From positions 9 to 64,008 of the forward strand of contig JAHEJV010000001.1 of assembly GCA_024638705.1 (NCBI GenBank): a stretch of DNA of 64,000 nucleotides. The letters are read 5' to 3'. Below the pieces are notes generated by a model. That model was not told where the DNA came from, ran no database searches, and was given only the letters and a program-made list of their open reading frames with translations. Below, in pieces: positions 1-10,368 of this stretch. The stretch's first letter is position 1; every line of letters starts with the position of its first letter. The position numbers and the translations under genes were made by a program. The DNA comes from Deltaproteobacteria bacterium (GTDB lineage: Bacteria > Myxococcota_A > UBA9160 > SMWR01).

Positions 1-1935
1 GACCACCTCGGCCGGGATATCCGCGAGGAAGCGCGACGGTACGCCGTAGGTGCGCGACCCGAAGCGCAGGCGCTCGGCGGCGCTCGTGATGGTGAGGCGC
101 TCCATGGCACGCGTCATGCCGACATAACAAAGCCGCCGCTCCTCCTCGATGCCGCTCTCGTCGCGCAGGGCGCCCGAGTGCGGGAAGATGCCCTCCTCCA
201 TCCCGACGAGGTACACGATCGGGTACTCGAGCCCCTTAGCCGAGTGCACCGTCATCATCGACACGTGGTCGTCGCGGCGGTCGTACTGGTCGACGTCGGA
301 GACGAGCGCGACCTGGTCGAGGAAGAGCTCGAGGGGCGTGCGCTCGTCGTCTTGCGCCTCGGCGTTGGCGCGCTGGAAGTCTTCGGCGGCAGCGATCAGC
401 TCGCGGAGATTCTCGAGACGGCTCTCGGCATCCGGACCGCCCTCTTTCTCGAGGGCCGCGAGATACCCCGAGCGATCGAGGACGAGCGCGATCGCGCGCG
501 CCGGCGCGGCCTCGGGAACCTGCTCCTGGAGGCTCTCGTAGAGCGCGAAGAACTTGCGGATCTTCGCCGCGGCGCGGGTGCCCTCGGGCGTCTCAGCATA
601 GCGCCGCAGCCCGTCCAAGGACGAGAGCCCCTCGCGGATCGCGAGCGCCTCGGCGCGCTCGAGTGTCGTCTTGCCGATGCCGCGAGCCGGCTTGTTCACG
701 ATGCGACGCAACGCAGCGCCGTCAGCCGGGTTGAGCACGAGACGCACGTAGGCGAGCGCGTCCTTCACCTCGGCGCGGTCGTAGAAGCGCGTGCCGCCCA
801 CCACGACGTAGGGCACGTCGTACTTGAGCATCTCCTCTTCGAAGATCCGCGACTGCGCGTTGGTGCGGTAGAAGATCGCGCAGTCGCCGTAGGCGCGGCC
901 GTCGCCGCGCGCGTGATCGAGGATCTCGCGCACGACGAGCTGCGCCTCCTCGCGGTCGTCGTCGGTCTCGACGACGCGGATCGCGTCGCCGCCTTCGCGC
1001 TCGGTGAAGAGGTCCTTGGAGCGTCGCGTGACGTTGTTCGCGACGACGGCGCTCGCGCCGGACAGGATCGGCTGGGTCGAGCGGTAGTTGCGCTCGAGCT
1101 TCACGACGACGGCGCCCGGGTGGTCGCGCTCGAAGTCGAGGATGTTGTGGATGTCGGCGCCGCGCCACGCGTAGATCGACTGGTCGGGGTCGCCGACGAC
1201 GCACAGGTTGCCGTGCTCGGAGACGAGCTGCTTCACGAGCCGATACTGGACGCGGTTGGTGTCCTGGTACTCGTCGACCAGCACGTACTGCCAGCGGCGC
1301 CGGTAGTAGCCGAGCACCTGGGGGAAGCGGTCGAAGAGCTCGACGGTCTTCATCAGGAGGTCGCCGAAGTCGAGCGCCTCTGCGTCGGCGAGCAGACGCT
1401 GGTAGGTGGCGTAGAGCTCGGCGGCGCGCTGGGCGTCGGAGTCGAAGGCGTCGCGCGCGGCGGCGGCCGGGTCGACGGCCGCGTTCTTCCACTGGTCGAT
1501 CTGCCAGCGGATGCGGCGCGGGTCGACCTCCTTCGGGTCGAGGTGGTGGCGCGCCAGCGCCTGCTTGATCACCGAGAGGCTGTCGGCCTCGTCGTAGATC
1601 GCGAAGCCGCGCGCGTGGCCGAGGTGCCCGATGTCGCGGCGCAGGATGCGCACGCACAGCGAGTGGAAGGTGGAGAGCCACACGCCGTCGGCGTTGGCGC
1701 CGAGCACCTTCTCGACGCGCTCGCGCATCTCGGCCGCGGCCTTGTTCGTGAAGGTGACGGCGAGGATGCCTTCGGGCGCGATCCCGCAGACGCCGATCAG
1801 ATAGGCGATGCGCTGGGTGAGGACGCGCGTCTTGCCACTGCCCGCCCCGGCGAGCACGAGGAGCGGCCCCTCCGTGGTCGTGACCGCGGTGCACTGTTCG
1901 GGGTTCATCCCCTCGAGAATCGTTTCGGCCTGCAA
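1..1935 (-). CDS. ATP-dependent DNA helicase, UvrD/PcrA/Rep family (C-terminus lies beyond the left window edge)
   Basis: The reverse frame is open to the window edge. Translation gives LQAETILEGMNPEQCTAV, LVLAGAGSGKTRVLTQRIAYL (Walker A), VTFTNKAAAEM, VDEYQDTN, VVGDPDQSIYAWRGA, MTVHSAKGLEYP and LCYVGMTRA. Probable TTG start at 1935, alternative ATG at 1908. Confidence 0.9.
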   Translation of the reverse strand, partial: MQAETILEGMNPEQCTAVTTTEGPLLVLAGAGSGKTRVLTQRIAYLIGVCGIAPEGILAVTFTNKAAAEMRERVEKVLGANADGVWLSTFHSLCVRILRRDIGHLGHARGFAIYDEADSLSVIKQALARHHLDPKEVDPRRIRWQIDQWKNAAVDPAAAARDAFDSDAQRAAELYATYQRLLADAEALDFGDLLMKTVELFDRFPQVLGYYRRRWQYVLVDEYQDTNRVQYRLVKQLVSEHGNLCVVGDPDQSIYAWRGADIHNILDFERDHPGAVVVKLERNYRSTQPILSGASAVVANNVTRRSKDLFTEREGGDAIRVVETDDDREEAQLVVREILDHARGDGRAYGDCAIFYRTNAQSRIFEEEMLKYDVPYVVVGGTRFYDRAEVKDALAYVRLVLNPADGAALRRIVNKPARGIGKTTLERAEALAIREGLSSLDGLRRYAETPEGTRAAAKIRKFFALYESLQEQVPEAAPARAIALVLDRSGYLAALEKEGGPDAESRLENLRELIAAAEDFQRANAEAQDDERTPLELFLDQVALVSDVDQYDRRDDHVSMMTVHSAKGLEYPIVYLVGMEEGIFPHSGALRDESGIEEERRLCYVGMTRAMERLTITSAAERLRFGSRTYGVPSRFLADIPAEVV

Positions 1936-2034
1936 AAGGGGGAATCTCCGTCGGAGGACGGGGAGAGGGGGACCGCAGGGTACTCGGTCGGCGACGTGGG
2001 CTCAACGCGAAACGACGCGCACCGTCGGCGCGCG

Positions 2035-3204
2035 TCAGATCATCGCCGGCGGCGTCTCGATGCCGAGCTGGATGCGGCCGTAGGTCTCGAGGCGCGCGTC
2101 GAGGTCGAAGACGGCGTGACAGGAGAGCATGTTGACGTCGCGCAGCGCGCGTTGCAGCGGGCTGTCCGCGAAGTGGGCGTGTGCGCCGCTCGCGTCGCAC
2201 ACCGTCTGGACGATGCGCTTGCTGCGATCGACGATCGACGCGAAGCCCGCCGCCCAGCGCGCGCGGTCTTCGAGGCTGGCGGCTTCGCGCACCGCCATCA
2301 CTTCGGCGACCTGCGCGCGGATCGCGCGCTCGACGTCGCGCAGCTCGAGATCGACGCGCGCGAGACGCACCTGGGCCGCGGGCTTCTCCGCCTGCTTCGA
2401 CTGGGTGTAGAGCAGCGTGCGCTCCTGCATGCGCTCGCGGAAGATTCGCACCGCCGCGCGCGCCTGGCCGACGGCTGGCATGCACGCCGCCTGCGCGAGG
2501 ATCGGGATCATCGGCGTGCGGTAGAGGGGTGCCTCGTGCAGCTTCGCGCCGGGGCCGCGCGCGTTCGAGAGATCGATGAGCGAGGTGCAGCGGTCGGCGG
2601 GCACGAAGACGCCATCGGCGCGGATGTCGTGGCTGCCGGTTGCGCACATGCCGTCGACGTGCCAGGTGTCCTCGACCGAAACCTCCGACACGGGCATCGC
2701 GAAGAAGCGCAGGTCGGGCGCCGGACTGCCGTCCTCGCGTTCGACGAGTCCGCCGAGCATCACCCACTCGGCGTGCATCACTCCCGTGCCCCAGGGCCAG
2801 GTGCCGGTGAGGCGATAGCCATCGCCCTCGCGCGCGGCGGTGCCGCTCGGCGACAGCGCGGCTGGCGCGAGCACACCACGGCGTGCCGCAAAGATCTCGC
2901 GCTGGAACGACTCGGGAAACTGGCTGAAGATCCACACGTGCTCGATGTAGAAGCACGCCACCCAGCCCATCGACGCGTCGCCCTCCGAGAGCGCGAGACC
3001 GACTTCGAGGAAGGTGTCGAGATCGAGCTCGAGCCCGCCGTAGGCGCGCGGCAGCATCAGGTCGAAGATGCGCGCGTCGCGCAGCGCGTCGATCACGGCG
3101 TCCGAGGGCTTGCGCAGCCGCTCGGCCTCGGCGGCGTGTTCGGCGAGCAGGGGCGTGAGCGCGCGGGCGCGTTCGACGAGGGCGGTGGCTTCGGGGGACG
3201 TCAC
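2035..3204 (-). CDS. Acyl-CoA dehydrogenase-fold flavoprotein (type-2 ACAD / two-component flavin monooxygenase-like)
   Basis: 389-aa ORF with GTG start. Its pattern is typical of the ACAD-fold oxygenase/dehydrogenase group: N-terminal LTPLLAEHAAEAERLRKPSDAVIDALRDARIFDLMLPRAYGG, mid GTWPWGTG, C-terminal helical domain. Confidence 0.75.
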   Translation of the reverse strand: MTSPEATALVERARALTPLLAEHAAEAERLRKPSDAVIDALRDARIFDLMLPRAYGGLELDLDTFLEVGLALSEGDASMGWVACFYIEHVWIFSQFPESFQREIFAARRGVLAPAALSPSGTAAREGDGYRLTGTWPWGTGVMHAEWVMLGGLVEREDGSPAPDLRFFAMPVSEVSVEDTWHVDGMCATGSHDIRADGVFVPADRCTSLIDLSNARGPGAKLHEAPLYRTPMIPILAQAACMPAVGQARAAVRIFRERMQERTLLYTQSKQAEKPAAQVRLARVDLELRDVERAIRAQVAEVMAVREAASLEDRARWAAGFASIVDRSKRIVQTVCDASGAHAHFADSPLQRALRDVNMLSCHAVFDLDARLETYGRIQLGIETPPAMI

Positions 3205-3444
3205 GACGACACCCCCACCTGCCCCGAGTCCGAGGACGCCCCGTCCACCCGGGCGAGCTCATCCCTGAAGTCGCCACACCACTTGTAACGCGCGATCACG
3301 TCGCGGATTTCGGCGCGCGCTCGGCGCTGTCGTTTCCACATCATCGGGTCTCCTCGAGGTGGCCGGCGGGTTCCGCGGCGGGGTCAATCTAACAGGGTCC
3401 TGTGATAGATTTCCGCCTTCCTGAGCCCCACGAGGAGACCCCCC

Positions 3445-3840
3445 TTGGCCGACCAGATCCCCTTCGTCGAATACCTCGTCCTCGGTGACGACCCGCATCT
3501 CGTCGCGAACGAGTGCACGAGCTGCAGCGCGCGCTTCTTCGACCGTCGCAGCGCCTGCGGCAACTGCTCCGGCACCGACTTCAAGCAGGTCGCCATCCCC
3601 ACCGAGGGCGAGCTGCGCACCTTCACCATCGTCGCCTTCGCGGCGCCCGGCATCCCGGTGCCGTTCGTGTCCGGCATCGTCGACTGCGGCGGCACCAGCG
3701 TGCGCGGCAACGTCGTCAACGTCCCGGCCGACCCCGAGCACGTGAAGCTCGGCATGAAGCTGCGCCTCACCACCTTCCCGATCGGCGAAGACAAGCAGGG
3801 CACGGAAGCGATCAACTTCGGGTTCGAACCCGTCGCCTGA
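3445..3840 (+). CDS. DUF35 family OB-fold / zinc-ribbon protein (thiolase partner)
   Basis: 131 aa with TTG start. GAGGAG lies 7 nt upstream. Zn-ribbon CTSC...CGNC is followed by an OB-fold-like C-terminus. It sits directly upstream of a thiolase-like gene, the classic DUF35-thiolase pairing. Confidence 0.85.
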   Translation: MADQIPFVEYLVLGDDPHLVANECTSCSARFFDRRSACGNCSGTDFKQVAIPTEGELRTFTIVAFAAPGIPVPFVSGIVDCGGTSVRGNVVNVPADPEHVKLGMKLRLTTFPIGEDKQGTEAINFGFEPVA

Positions 3841-3896
3841 CGGCGTCGCGAACCTCTCCCCCATTCCAAAGAATCCAAGAAGCGAAGGAGCCCACC

Positions 3897-5102
3897 ATGG
3901 CTGGCGAAGACGTCTGGATCCTCGGCATCAAGATGACCAAGTTCGGCAAGCACAAGGACAAGGACGTCCTCGACCTCGCCACCGAGGCGACGCTCGCCGC
4001 GCTCGAAGACGGCGGCGTCGAGATGAAGGACATGGGCGTCCTCGCCGCCGGCAACCTGATGGGCGGCGCCGCACCGACGGCGCAGCTGATCCAGAAGCAG
4101 GTCGGCCAGACCGGCATCCCCGCCTACAACGTGTCGAACGCCTGCGCGACGGGCGCCACCGCACTGCGCGTGGCGTACATGAGCGTGAAGGCCGGCGAGA
4201 GCGACTTCGGTCTCGCCGTCGGCGTCGAGAAGCTCGCCGGCGCGGGCCTGCTCGCGGGCGGGTCGCGCAAGGGCGACGGCGAAGCCTGGGAGCGCTCGGG
4301 CCGCTACGGCGCCGTCGCCGCGGTGGACGGACGCATCGGCACCGAGACGATGCCCGGCGTCTTCGCCCAGATCGGCATGGAGTACGGCCACAAGTACGGC
4401 GGCGCCAGCTTCGAGCTCTTCGCGCAGATCTCCGAGAAGAATCACGCGCACTCGACGCTGAACCCGCTCGCGGCCTACACGAAGAAGATGACCCTCGAGG
4501 AGATCATGGGCGACATCATGATCGCCTACCCGAACACGCGTCCGATGTGTTCGGCGAACTGCGACGGCGCCGCCGCCGCGGTGGTGGTCAGCGAGAGCAA
4601 GCTGCGCACGCTCTCCCTCGAGCAGCAGAAGCGCGCGGTGAAGATCTCGGCATCCATCCTCACGAGCGATCCCTACCAGGAAGCCTGCCAGGTGCTGCCC
4701 GACGTCAACACGCTGACGCGCCAGGCCGCGAACCAGGCCTACGAGAAGGCGGGTGTCGGCCCCGAGGATCTCGATCTCGTCGAGCTGCACGACTGCTTCG
4801 CGACGGCCGAGCTGGTGCATTACGACAACCTCAAGCTCTGCCCCGAAGGCGAAGCGGTCGACTTCTTCAAGTCGGGCGCGACGTGGCGCACGGGGAAGAC
4901 GCCGGTGAACGTGTCGGGCGGCCTCGAGAGCAAGGGCCACCCGATCGCAGCGACCGGCATCGCCAACATCTGGGAGGTGTGCCACCACCTGCGCGGCGAG
5001 GCCGGCGAGCGCCAGATCGAGGGTGCCAAGGTGGGCCTGGCCCACGTGATCGGCCTCGGCTCGGCGTGTGGCGTGCACATCCTCGAGAAGAGCGGGCTCT
5101 AG
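3897..5102 (+). CDS. Thiolase-like protein, SCP-x / lipid-transfer (Ltp) type
   Basis: ATG at 3897 follows GAAGGAG. Motifs seen: NVSNACATGATAL (active-site Cys region), NHAHSTLNP, ELHDCFA and VNVSGGLESKGHPIAATG. Confidence 0.9.
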   Translation: MAGEDVWILGIKMTKFGKHKDKDVLDLATEATLAALEDGGVEMKDMGVLAAGNLMGGAAPTAQLIQKQVGQTGIPAYNVSNACATGATALRVAYMSVKAGESDFGLAVGVEKLAGAGLLAGGSRKGDGEAWERSGRYGAVAAVDGRIGTETMPGVFAQIGMEYGHKYGGASFELFAQISEKNHAHSTLNPLAAYTKKMTLEEIMGDIMIAYPNTRPMCSANCDGAAAAVVVSESKLRTLSLEQQKRAVKISASILTSDPYQEACQVLPDVNTLTRQAANQAYEKAGVGPEDLDLVELHDCFATAELVHYDNLKLCPEGEAVDFFKSGATWRTGKTPVNVSGGLESKGHPIAATGIANIWEVCHHLRGEAGERQIEGAKVGLAHVIGLGSACGVHILEKSGL

Positions 5103-5307
5103 TTCGCGGCCTCGAGATGGCACCCCGCGTCCGGCGCCAGGGGTTCCTCCGCTGAATGGCTCGGCTTCGCCGCCCGGATTCCGGGCGTGCGGCGCACATG
5201 CTCGTGTGTTTCGCGCAGCTCGAATCTGGCGGCTCGCACTGCGCTGAGTTCAGCTGCGGAACCCCTGGCCCCGGACGCTCGTTCGAGATCGAGCGCTCGT
5301 GGCGGGG

Positions 5308-7143
5308 TCATTCGACCGTGACGCTCTTCGCGAGGTTCCGCGGCTGATCGACGTCGGTGCCCTTGAGGACGGCGACGTGATAGGCGAGGAGCTGGAGGGG
5401 AACGGTCACGAGGATCGCAGTGAGGTATTCGCCGAGGTCGGGGACGTAGACGACGTCGTCGGCCTTCTCGTCGATCGTGTCGTCGCCCTCGCTGGCGATT
5501 GCGATGACCTGGCCGTCGCGGGCGCGCACCTGCTCCAGGTTGGAGATCACCTTGTCGTAGGTCGGGCTCTGCGTCGCGATGACGACGACGGGCAGTTGCT
5601 CGTCGATCAGCGCGATCGGGCCGTGCTTCATCTCGCCGGCGGCGTACGCCTCGGCGTGGATGTAGGAGATCTCCTTCAGCTTGAGCGCGCCTTCCTGGGC
5701 GATCGGCACCATCACGCCGCGACCGAGATAGAGGAAGTCGCTGGCGTGGAAGTAGCGCTGGGCGATCGCGTGCACTTCTTCGTCGAGGAGCAGCGCGCGC
5801 TCGACGAGGCGCGGCAGGCGCAGCAGCTCGGCCACCCGATCGCGGGTCTGCGAATCGCTGAGCTTTCCGGTCGCACGTCCGAGCTTCACCGCGAGCATGT
5901 AGAGCGCCACCACCTGGGTGGTGAACGCCTTCGTGCTCGCGACGCCGATCTCCGGGCCCGCGTGGGTGTAGAAGACGTCGTCGCTCTCGCGCGCGATGGT
6001 GGCGTCGAGCACGTTGCACACGGCGAGCACGCGCGAGCCCTGACGCTTCCCCTCGCGCAGAGCGGCCAGCGTGTCCGCGGTCTCCCCGGACTGGGAGACG
6101 GGGATGACGATCACGTCCTCGCCGAGAATCGGGCTCCGGTAGCGGAACTCGCTCGCGAGATCGACTTCGCAGGGGATCCCCGACATCTGCTCGATCATGT
6201 ACTTCCCGACCAGACACGCGTGCCACGCCGTGCCGCACGCGACGAGCGCGATGCGCCGCACGCCGGCCAGGCGCTCGGGCGAGAGGTCGATGCCGTCGAG
6301 GTCGAGGTCGCCCTCGTTCTCGAGAACGCGCGTGCCGATCGTGTCGGTGATGGCGCGCGGCTGCTCGAAGATCTCCTTCTGCATGAAGCGGTCGTAGCCG
6401 CCCTTCTCCGCCGAAACCGGATCCCACTGGATCGCCTTCGGCTCGCGGTCGAGCGGCGAGCCGTCGCCGTCGAGCACCTGCACACCGTCGGCGGAGAGGA
6501 CGGCGAACTCGCCGTCCTCGAGGAAGAGCATCTGTCGCGTGTAGGGAAGGATGGCGGGGATGTCGCTGGCGAGGAAGTTCTGCTTCTCCCCGAGACCGAG
6601 CACGATCGGGCTGCCGCCGTGCTTCGCGACGACGATGTGGTCGGGATCGGTCTCCGAGAGCACACCGAACGCATAGCTCCCGACGACGCGAGCGCACGCC
6701 TCGCGCACCGCCGTGACGAGGTCGGCGCCCTCGCGCAGGCGCGCGTCGATCAGGTGCGCGATCAGCTCGGTGTCGGTCTCGGACTCGATCGTGCGACCGG
6801 CGGCTTCCAGCTCGCCGCGCAGCTCGCGGTAGTTCTCCATGATGCCGTTGTGCACCACGACGACCGAGCCCGCCTTGTGGGGATGGGCGTTGGTCTCCGA
6901 GGGCTTCCCGTGCGTGGCCCAGCGCGTGTGGCCGACGCCGACGTTGCCGGTGAGCGGCGCGTCGCGCAGCGTGGCCTCGAGATTCGTCAGCTTGCCGACG
7001 GCGCGGCGGATCGCGATCTCCCCGCTCTCGAAGGTGGCGATGCCCGCGGAGTCGTAGCCGCGATACTCGAGACGGCGCAGGCCGTCGACGATCACGTCCT
7101 GGGCGCTGTTCCCGCGCCCGATGTAGCCGACGATTCCGCACAT
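5308..7143 (-). CDS. glmS: Glutamine--fructose-6-phosphate aminotransferase
   Basis: Starts MCGIVGYIGR (Ntn Cys2), has two SIS domains, and ends with the typical NLAKSVTVE. Confidence 0.97.
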   Translation of the reverse strand: MCGIVGYIGRGNSAQDVIVDGLRRLEYRGYDSAGIATFESGEIAIRRAVGKLTNLEATLRDAPLTGNVGVGHTRWATHGKPSETNAHPHKAGSVVVVHNGIMENYRELRGELEAAGRTIESETDTELIAHLIDARLREGADLVTAVREACARVVGSYAFGVLSETDPDHIVVAKHGGSPIVLGLGEKQNFLASDIPAILPYTRQMLFLEDGEFAVLSADGVQVLDGDGSPLDREPKAIQWDPVSAEKGGYDRFMQKEIFEQPRAITDTIGTRVLENEGDLDLDGIDLSPERLAGVRRIALVACGTAWHACLVGKYMIEQMSGIPCEVDLASEFRYRSPILGEDVIVIPVSQSGETADTLAALREGKRQGSRVLAVCNVLDATIARESDDVFYTHAGPEIGVASTKAFTTQVVALYMLAVKLGRATGKLSDSQTRDRVAELLRLPRLVERALLLDEEVHAIAQRYFHASDFLYLGRGVMVPIAQEGALKLKEISYIHAEAYAAGEMKHGPIALIDEQLPVVVIATQSPTYDKVISNLEQVRARDGQVIAIASEGDDTIDEKADDVVYVPDLGEYLTAILVTVPLQLLAYHVAVLKGTDVDQPRNLAKSVTVE

Positions 7144-7160
7144 GCCTCGTTCCCCCCGGG

Positions 7161-8486
7161 CTAGTCGCGCCGGCGACGGCGCGCGACCCATCCCTCGACG
7201 TTGCGCTGACGCGCGCGGCCGACGGCCAGCGCAAAGCCCGGCACGCGGTTGGTGATGGTGGATCCGGCCGCGACGAAGGCGTCGGGCTCGACGACGATCG
7301 GCGCCACCAGGTTCACGTTGCAGCCGATGAAGGCGCGCTCGCCCACCTCGCTGCGGTGCTTCTGCTGTCCGTCGTAGTTCACGACGATCGATCCACAGCC
7401 GAAGGAGGCCCCCGCGCCCACGTCGGCGTCGCCGATGTAGGAGAGGTGGTCGGCCTTCACGCCGTCGCCGAGGATGCTGTTCTTCACCTCGACGAAGTTC
7501 CCGATGCGGACGTCGTCGCCGAACACGCAGTCGGGACGGATGTGCGCGTTGGGACCGAGCACCACGTCGGCGCCGATGCGGCTCGACTCGATCATGCAGC
7601 CGGGCTTGAGATGCGCGCGCGGTCCGATGACGGTGTCTCCCTGGATCGTGCATCCGGGCTCGATCGTGCTGTCCTCGCCGATTTCGACACCCACGTCGAT
7701 CCAGGTGGCGGCGGGGTCGACGATGGTGACACCGGCGGACATCAGGCGGTTCAGCGTGCGCTGGCGCATCTGCTGTCCGGCGGCCGCCAGCTCGGCGCGG
7801 GTGTTCACGCCGAGCGCCTCTTCGCCGTCCTCGAGCGCGAGCGCCTCGACGCGCAGCCCGTCGCCGACGGCCAGCTCGACGATGGTGGTGAGATAGACCT
7901 CGCCCTGGGCGTTGTCGTCGCCGACGCGCGCGAGCAGCTTCCAGAGGAGCGCCGCGTCGACGAGGTAGACGCCGGTGTTGCGCTCGGGGATGGCCAGCTC
8001 TTCGGGTGTCGCGTCGGTCGCCTCGACGACCTTCGCGACGCGACCGGTGGCGTCGCGCACGACGATGCCAGGCACCTCGACCGGCGCGGAGAGCAGCACG
8101 AGGTCGGCGCCCGTCTCGGCCTTGTGCTCGGCCATGCGGCGGAGCGTCTCGGCGCGGAGGAGCGGGGTGTCGCCGTAGAGGATCAGCACGTCCCCGCTGA
8201 AATCGCCGAGTGGCGCCTGACACAGGGAGACGGCGTGGCCGGTGCCCCGCTGCTCGTCCTGGCGGACGAACTCGGCGCTCCCCTCGAAGCGCGCCTCCAC
8301 GTCTTCCGACCCGAACCCGGTCACCACCAGGCAGCGCTCGGCGCCGAGCGCGCGCGCCGCGTCGAGGGGGAAGGAGAGCATCGGACGCCCGCCCACCTCG
8401 TGGAGCACCTTGGGCCGGCTCGACTTCATGCGCGTGCCCTTCCCGGCGGCGAGGATCAGGGCGGCGAGTTCGCGTGTGGCGGCCAT
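7161..8486 (-). CDS. glmU: Bifunctional UDP-N-acetylglucosamine pyrophosphorylase / glucosamine-1-phosphate N-acetyltransferase
   Basis: 441 aa. N-terminal LILAAGKGTRMKS nucleotidyltransferase motif and C-terminal left-handed beta-helix hexapeptide repeats. Lies 17 nt upstream of glmS. Confidence 0.97.
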   Translation of the reverse strand: MAATRELAALILAAGKGTRMKSSRPKVLHEVGGRPMLSFPLDAARALGAERCLVVTGFGSEDVEARFEGSAEFVRQDEQRGTGHAVSLCQAPLGDFSGDVLILYGDTPLLRAETLRRMAEHKAETGADLVLLSAPVEVPGIVVRDATGRVAKVVEATDATPEELAIPERNTGVYLVDAALLWKLLARVGDDNAQGEVYLTTIVELAVGDGLRVEALALEDGEEALGVNTRAELAAAGQQMRQRTLNRLMSAGVTIVDPAATWIDVGVEIGEDSTIEPGCTIQGDTVIGPRAHLKPGCMIESSRIGADVVLGPNAHIRPDCVFGDDVRIGNFVEVKNSILGDGVKADHLSYIGDADVGAGASFGCGSIVVNYDGQQKHRSEVGERAFIGCNVNLVAPIVVEPDAFVAAGSTITNRVPGFALAVGRARQRNVEGWVARRRRRD

Positions 8487-8769
8487 GCTGCCTCCTGTCT
8501 TCGGCGGGTCCGAGGCGTGGCTGGACGGACGATCGTTAGCGGATCAGACGCCGGGCCGGCAGGGCCTCGGCGAGACGCCGCCTCGGCCTCGCCCCAGGGG
8601 GAACAGGGTACACCCCGCAATACCCTGCGGTCGGACGTCCCGCGCGCGCTAGCTTTGCGGAGCGACGGGAACCACGCCGTCGGGGGGTTTCGAGATCCAC
8701 GTCACCGGCAATACGCACGGCCTGAAGGCCAGTCAGACCCGTCAGCTCGAGCGCCTCGCGCAGCGTCGT

Positions 8770-10368
8770 TTGCCCCCCGAACGCCTGGTCACCCAGGAAT
8801 TCGCGCGGCAGCTCTGCGCGTTCACCGGCGAGACCGGCCGCCAGGTCGGAGTGCTGATCGATCGGCGCGGCAAGGTCACCCACGTCATGGTGGGGACGCC
8901 AGAGGGCATCGAGATGCCCGATTGGGGACGTCTGCGCGCGGGCCGCGGACGCCTGCGCGGTCTGCGCTGCGTGCACACCCATGTCGGCGACGTCCCGATC
9001 GACCGCGACGACGAGACCGACCTCGCCGGCCTGCGGCTCGACGCGATCGTCGCGATCGGCACCGACCGCGAGGGCATGCCCGGCCTCGCCTACACCGCGG
9101 CGTTGCGCCCCACCCAGGATGTGGGCGCCGGCATCGAACACCTCGAACCGACCCCACCCGCGCAGCTCGACCTCGACTTCCGCGACTGGATCCGCGCGCG
9201 CGAAGAAGAGCTCGCGCGCCAGGACCAGACGCGCGACGTCGGCGACGGCGAGCGCGCCATCCTGGTGTCGGTGACGGCGGGACGGAAGCCGGAGGACTTC
9301 GAGGCGCAGCTCGAAGAGCTGAAGGAGCTCGCGCGGTCGGCGGGCGTGGACGTGGTGGACACCGTCACCCAGCACCGCCCGCGCATCGACCGCAAGTTCC
9401 TGATGGGCACCGGGCGTCTCCAGGACCTCGTGATCCGCGCCTTCCAGAGCGACGTGGATCTCGTGATCTTCGACCAGAACCTCACGGCCACCCAGGCGCG
9501 CAACCTGGGCGAACGCCTCGAGCTGCGTGTCATCGATCGCACGCAGCTCATCCTCGACATCTTCGCCCAGCGCGCGCGCACCGCCGACGGCAAGCTCCAG
9601 GTCGAGCTGGCGCAGCTCAAGTACCTGCTCCCGCGCCTGGCGCAGCGCGCCGACGTCTCGCTTTCGCGGCTGGCCGGCGGAATCGGCGGCCGCGGTCCGG
9701 GTGAAACGAAGCTCGAAGTGGATCGCCGCCGCGTCCGCGACCGCATCGCGCGGCTCGAGCGCCAGCTCAAGCAGCTGCGCGGGCAGCGCGAATCGCGCCG
9801 CAAGCGGCGTGCTCGACGCGAAGTGCCGACGCTGTCGATCGTCGGCTACACGAACGCCGGCAAGAGCACGCTCTTGCGGGCCCTCACGAAGACCGACGTG
9901 CACGTCGCGGACCAGATGTTCGCGACGCTCGACCCGACGTCGCGACGGCTGCGCTTCCCCCAGGATCGCGAAGTGATCATCACCGACACGGTGGGATTCA
10001 TCCGCGACCTCCCGCCCGACCTGGTCGCCGCGTTCCGCGCGACGCTCGAAGAGCTCGAAGACGCCGACCTGCTGCTCCACGTCGTCGACGCGGCGACGCC
10101 CGACTTCGAGCGCCGCATCGAGGCCGTCCGCGAGGTGCTGCGCGACATCGGCCTCGGAGACACGCCCGAGCTGCTGGTGTTCAATCAGATCGATCGGCTG
10201 CCCCCGACGACGGGCGAATCGATCGCGGTGCGCCACGGCGGCGTCGCGGTCTCGGCCGTCACACGCAGCGGCCTCGCGGACCTGATCGAGCGGGCCGAGG
10301 ACGTGCTGTGGAGCAGCCGACAGGACATCGGTGCGCCTTCGCGTGCCGCGGATGGGGGGCGGAGATGA
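8770..10368 (+). CDS. hflX: GTPase HflX, long form. The true start is probably upstream of the first canonical start codon.
   Basis: Motifs seen: RVIDRTQLILDIFAQRARTADGKLQVELAQL, GGRGPGETKLE, GYTNAGKSTLL (G1) and DTVGFI (G3). The frame stays open and looks protein-like back to 8653. Confidence 0.88.
   Translation: MPPERLVTQEFARQLCAFTGETGRQVGVLIDRRGKVTHVMVGTPEGIEMPDWGRLRAGRGRLRGLRCVHTHVGDVPIDRDDETDLAGLRLDAIVAIGTDREGMPGLAYTAALRPTQDVGAGIEHLEPTPPAQLDLDFRDWIRAREEELARQDQTRDVGDGERAILVSVTAGRKPEDFEAQLEELKELARSAGVDVVDTVTQHRPRIDRKFLMGTGRLQDLVIRAFQSDVDLVIFDQNLTATQARNLGERLELRVIDRTQLILDIFAQRARTADGKLQVELAQLKYLLPRLAQRADVSLSRLAGGIGGRGPGETKLEVDRRRVRDRIARLERQLKQLRGQRESRRKRRARREVPTLSIVGYTNAGKSTLLRALTKTDVHVADQMFATLDPTSRRLRFPQDREVIITDTVGFIRDLPPDLVAAFRATLEELEDADLLLHVVDAATPDFERRIEAVREVLRDIGLGDTPELLVFNQIDRLPPTTGESIAVRHGGVAVSAVTRSGLADLIERAEDVLWSSRQDIGAPSRAADGGRR

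Noticed and set aside
178-3288. Very long ORFs in alternative frames or antisense. Examples: 178-3288 (+), 722-3277 (-), 3384-5123 (-), 5099-7234 (-), 8536-10371 (-), 19097-21670 (-), 34222-36840 (-), 47143-48996 (-), 50563-52212 (-).
   Set aside because: Their translations are monotonous Arg/Ala/Pro/Gly-rich strings with no motifs. They overlap genes with unmistakable family signatures on the other frame or strand. Such stop-free shadow ORFs are expected in very GC-rich DNA.
3820-3840. GGTTCGAACCC, a tRNA T-loop-like string.
   Set aside because: It lies inside the DUF35 coding sequence (…NFGFEPVA). No acceptor or anticodon stems can be drawn around it. No tRNA or rRNA was found anywhere in the window.
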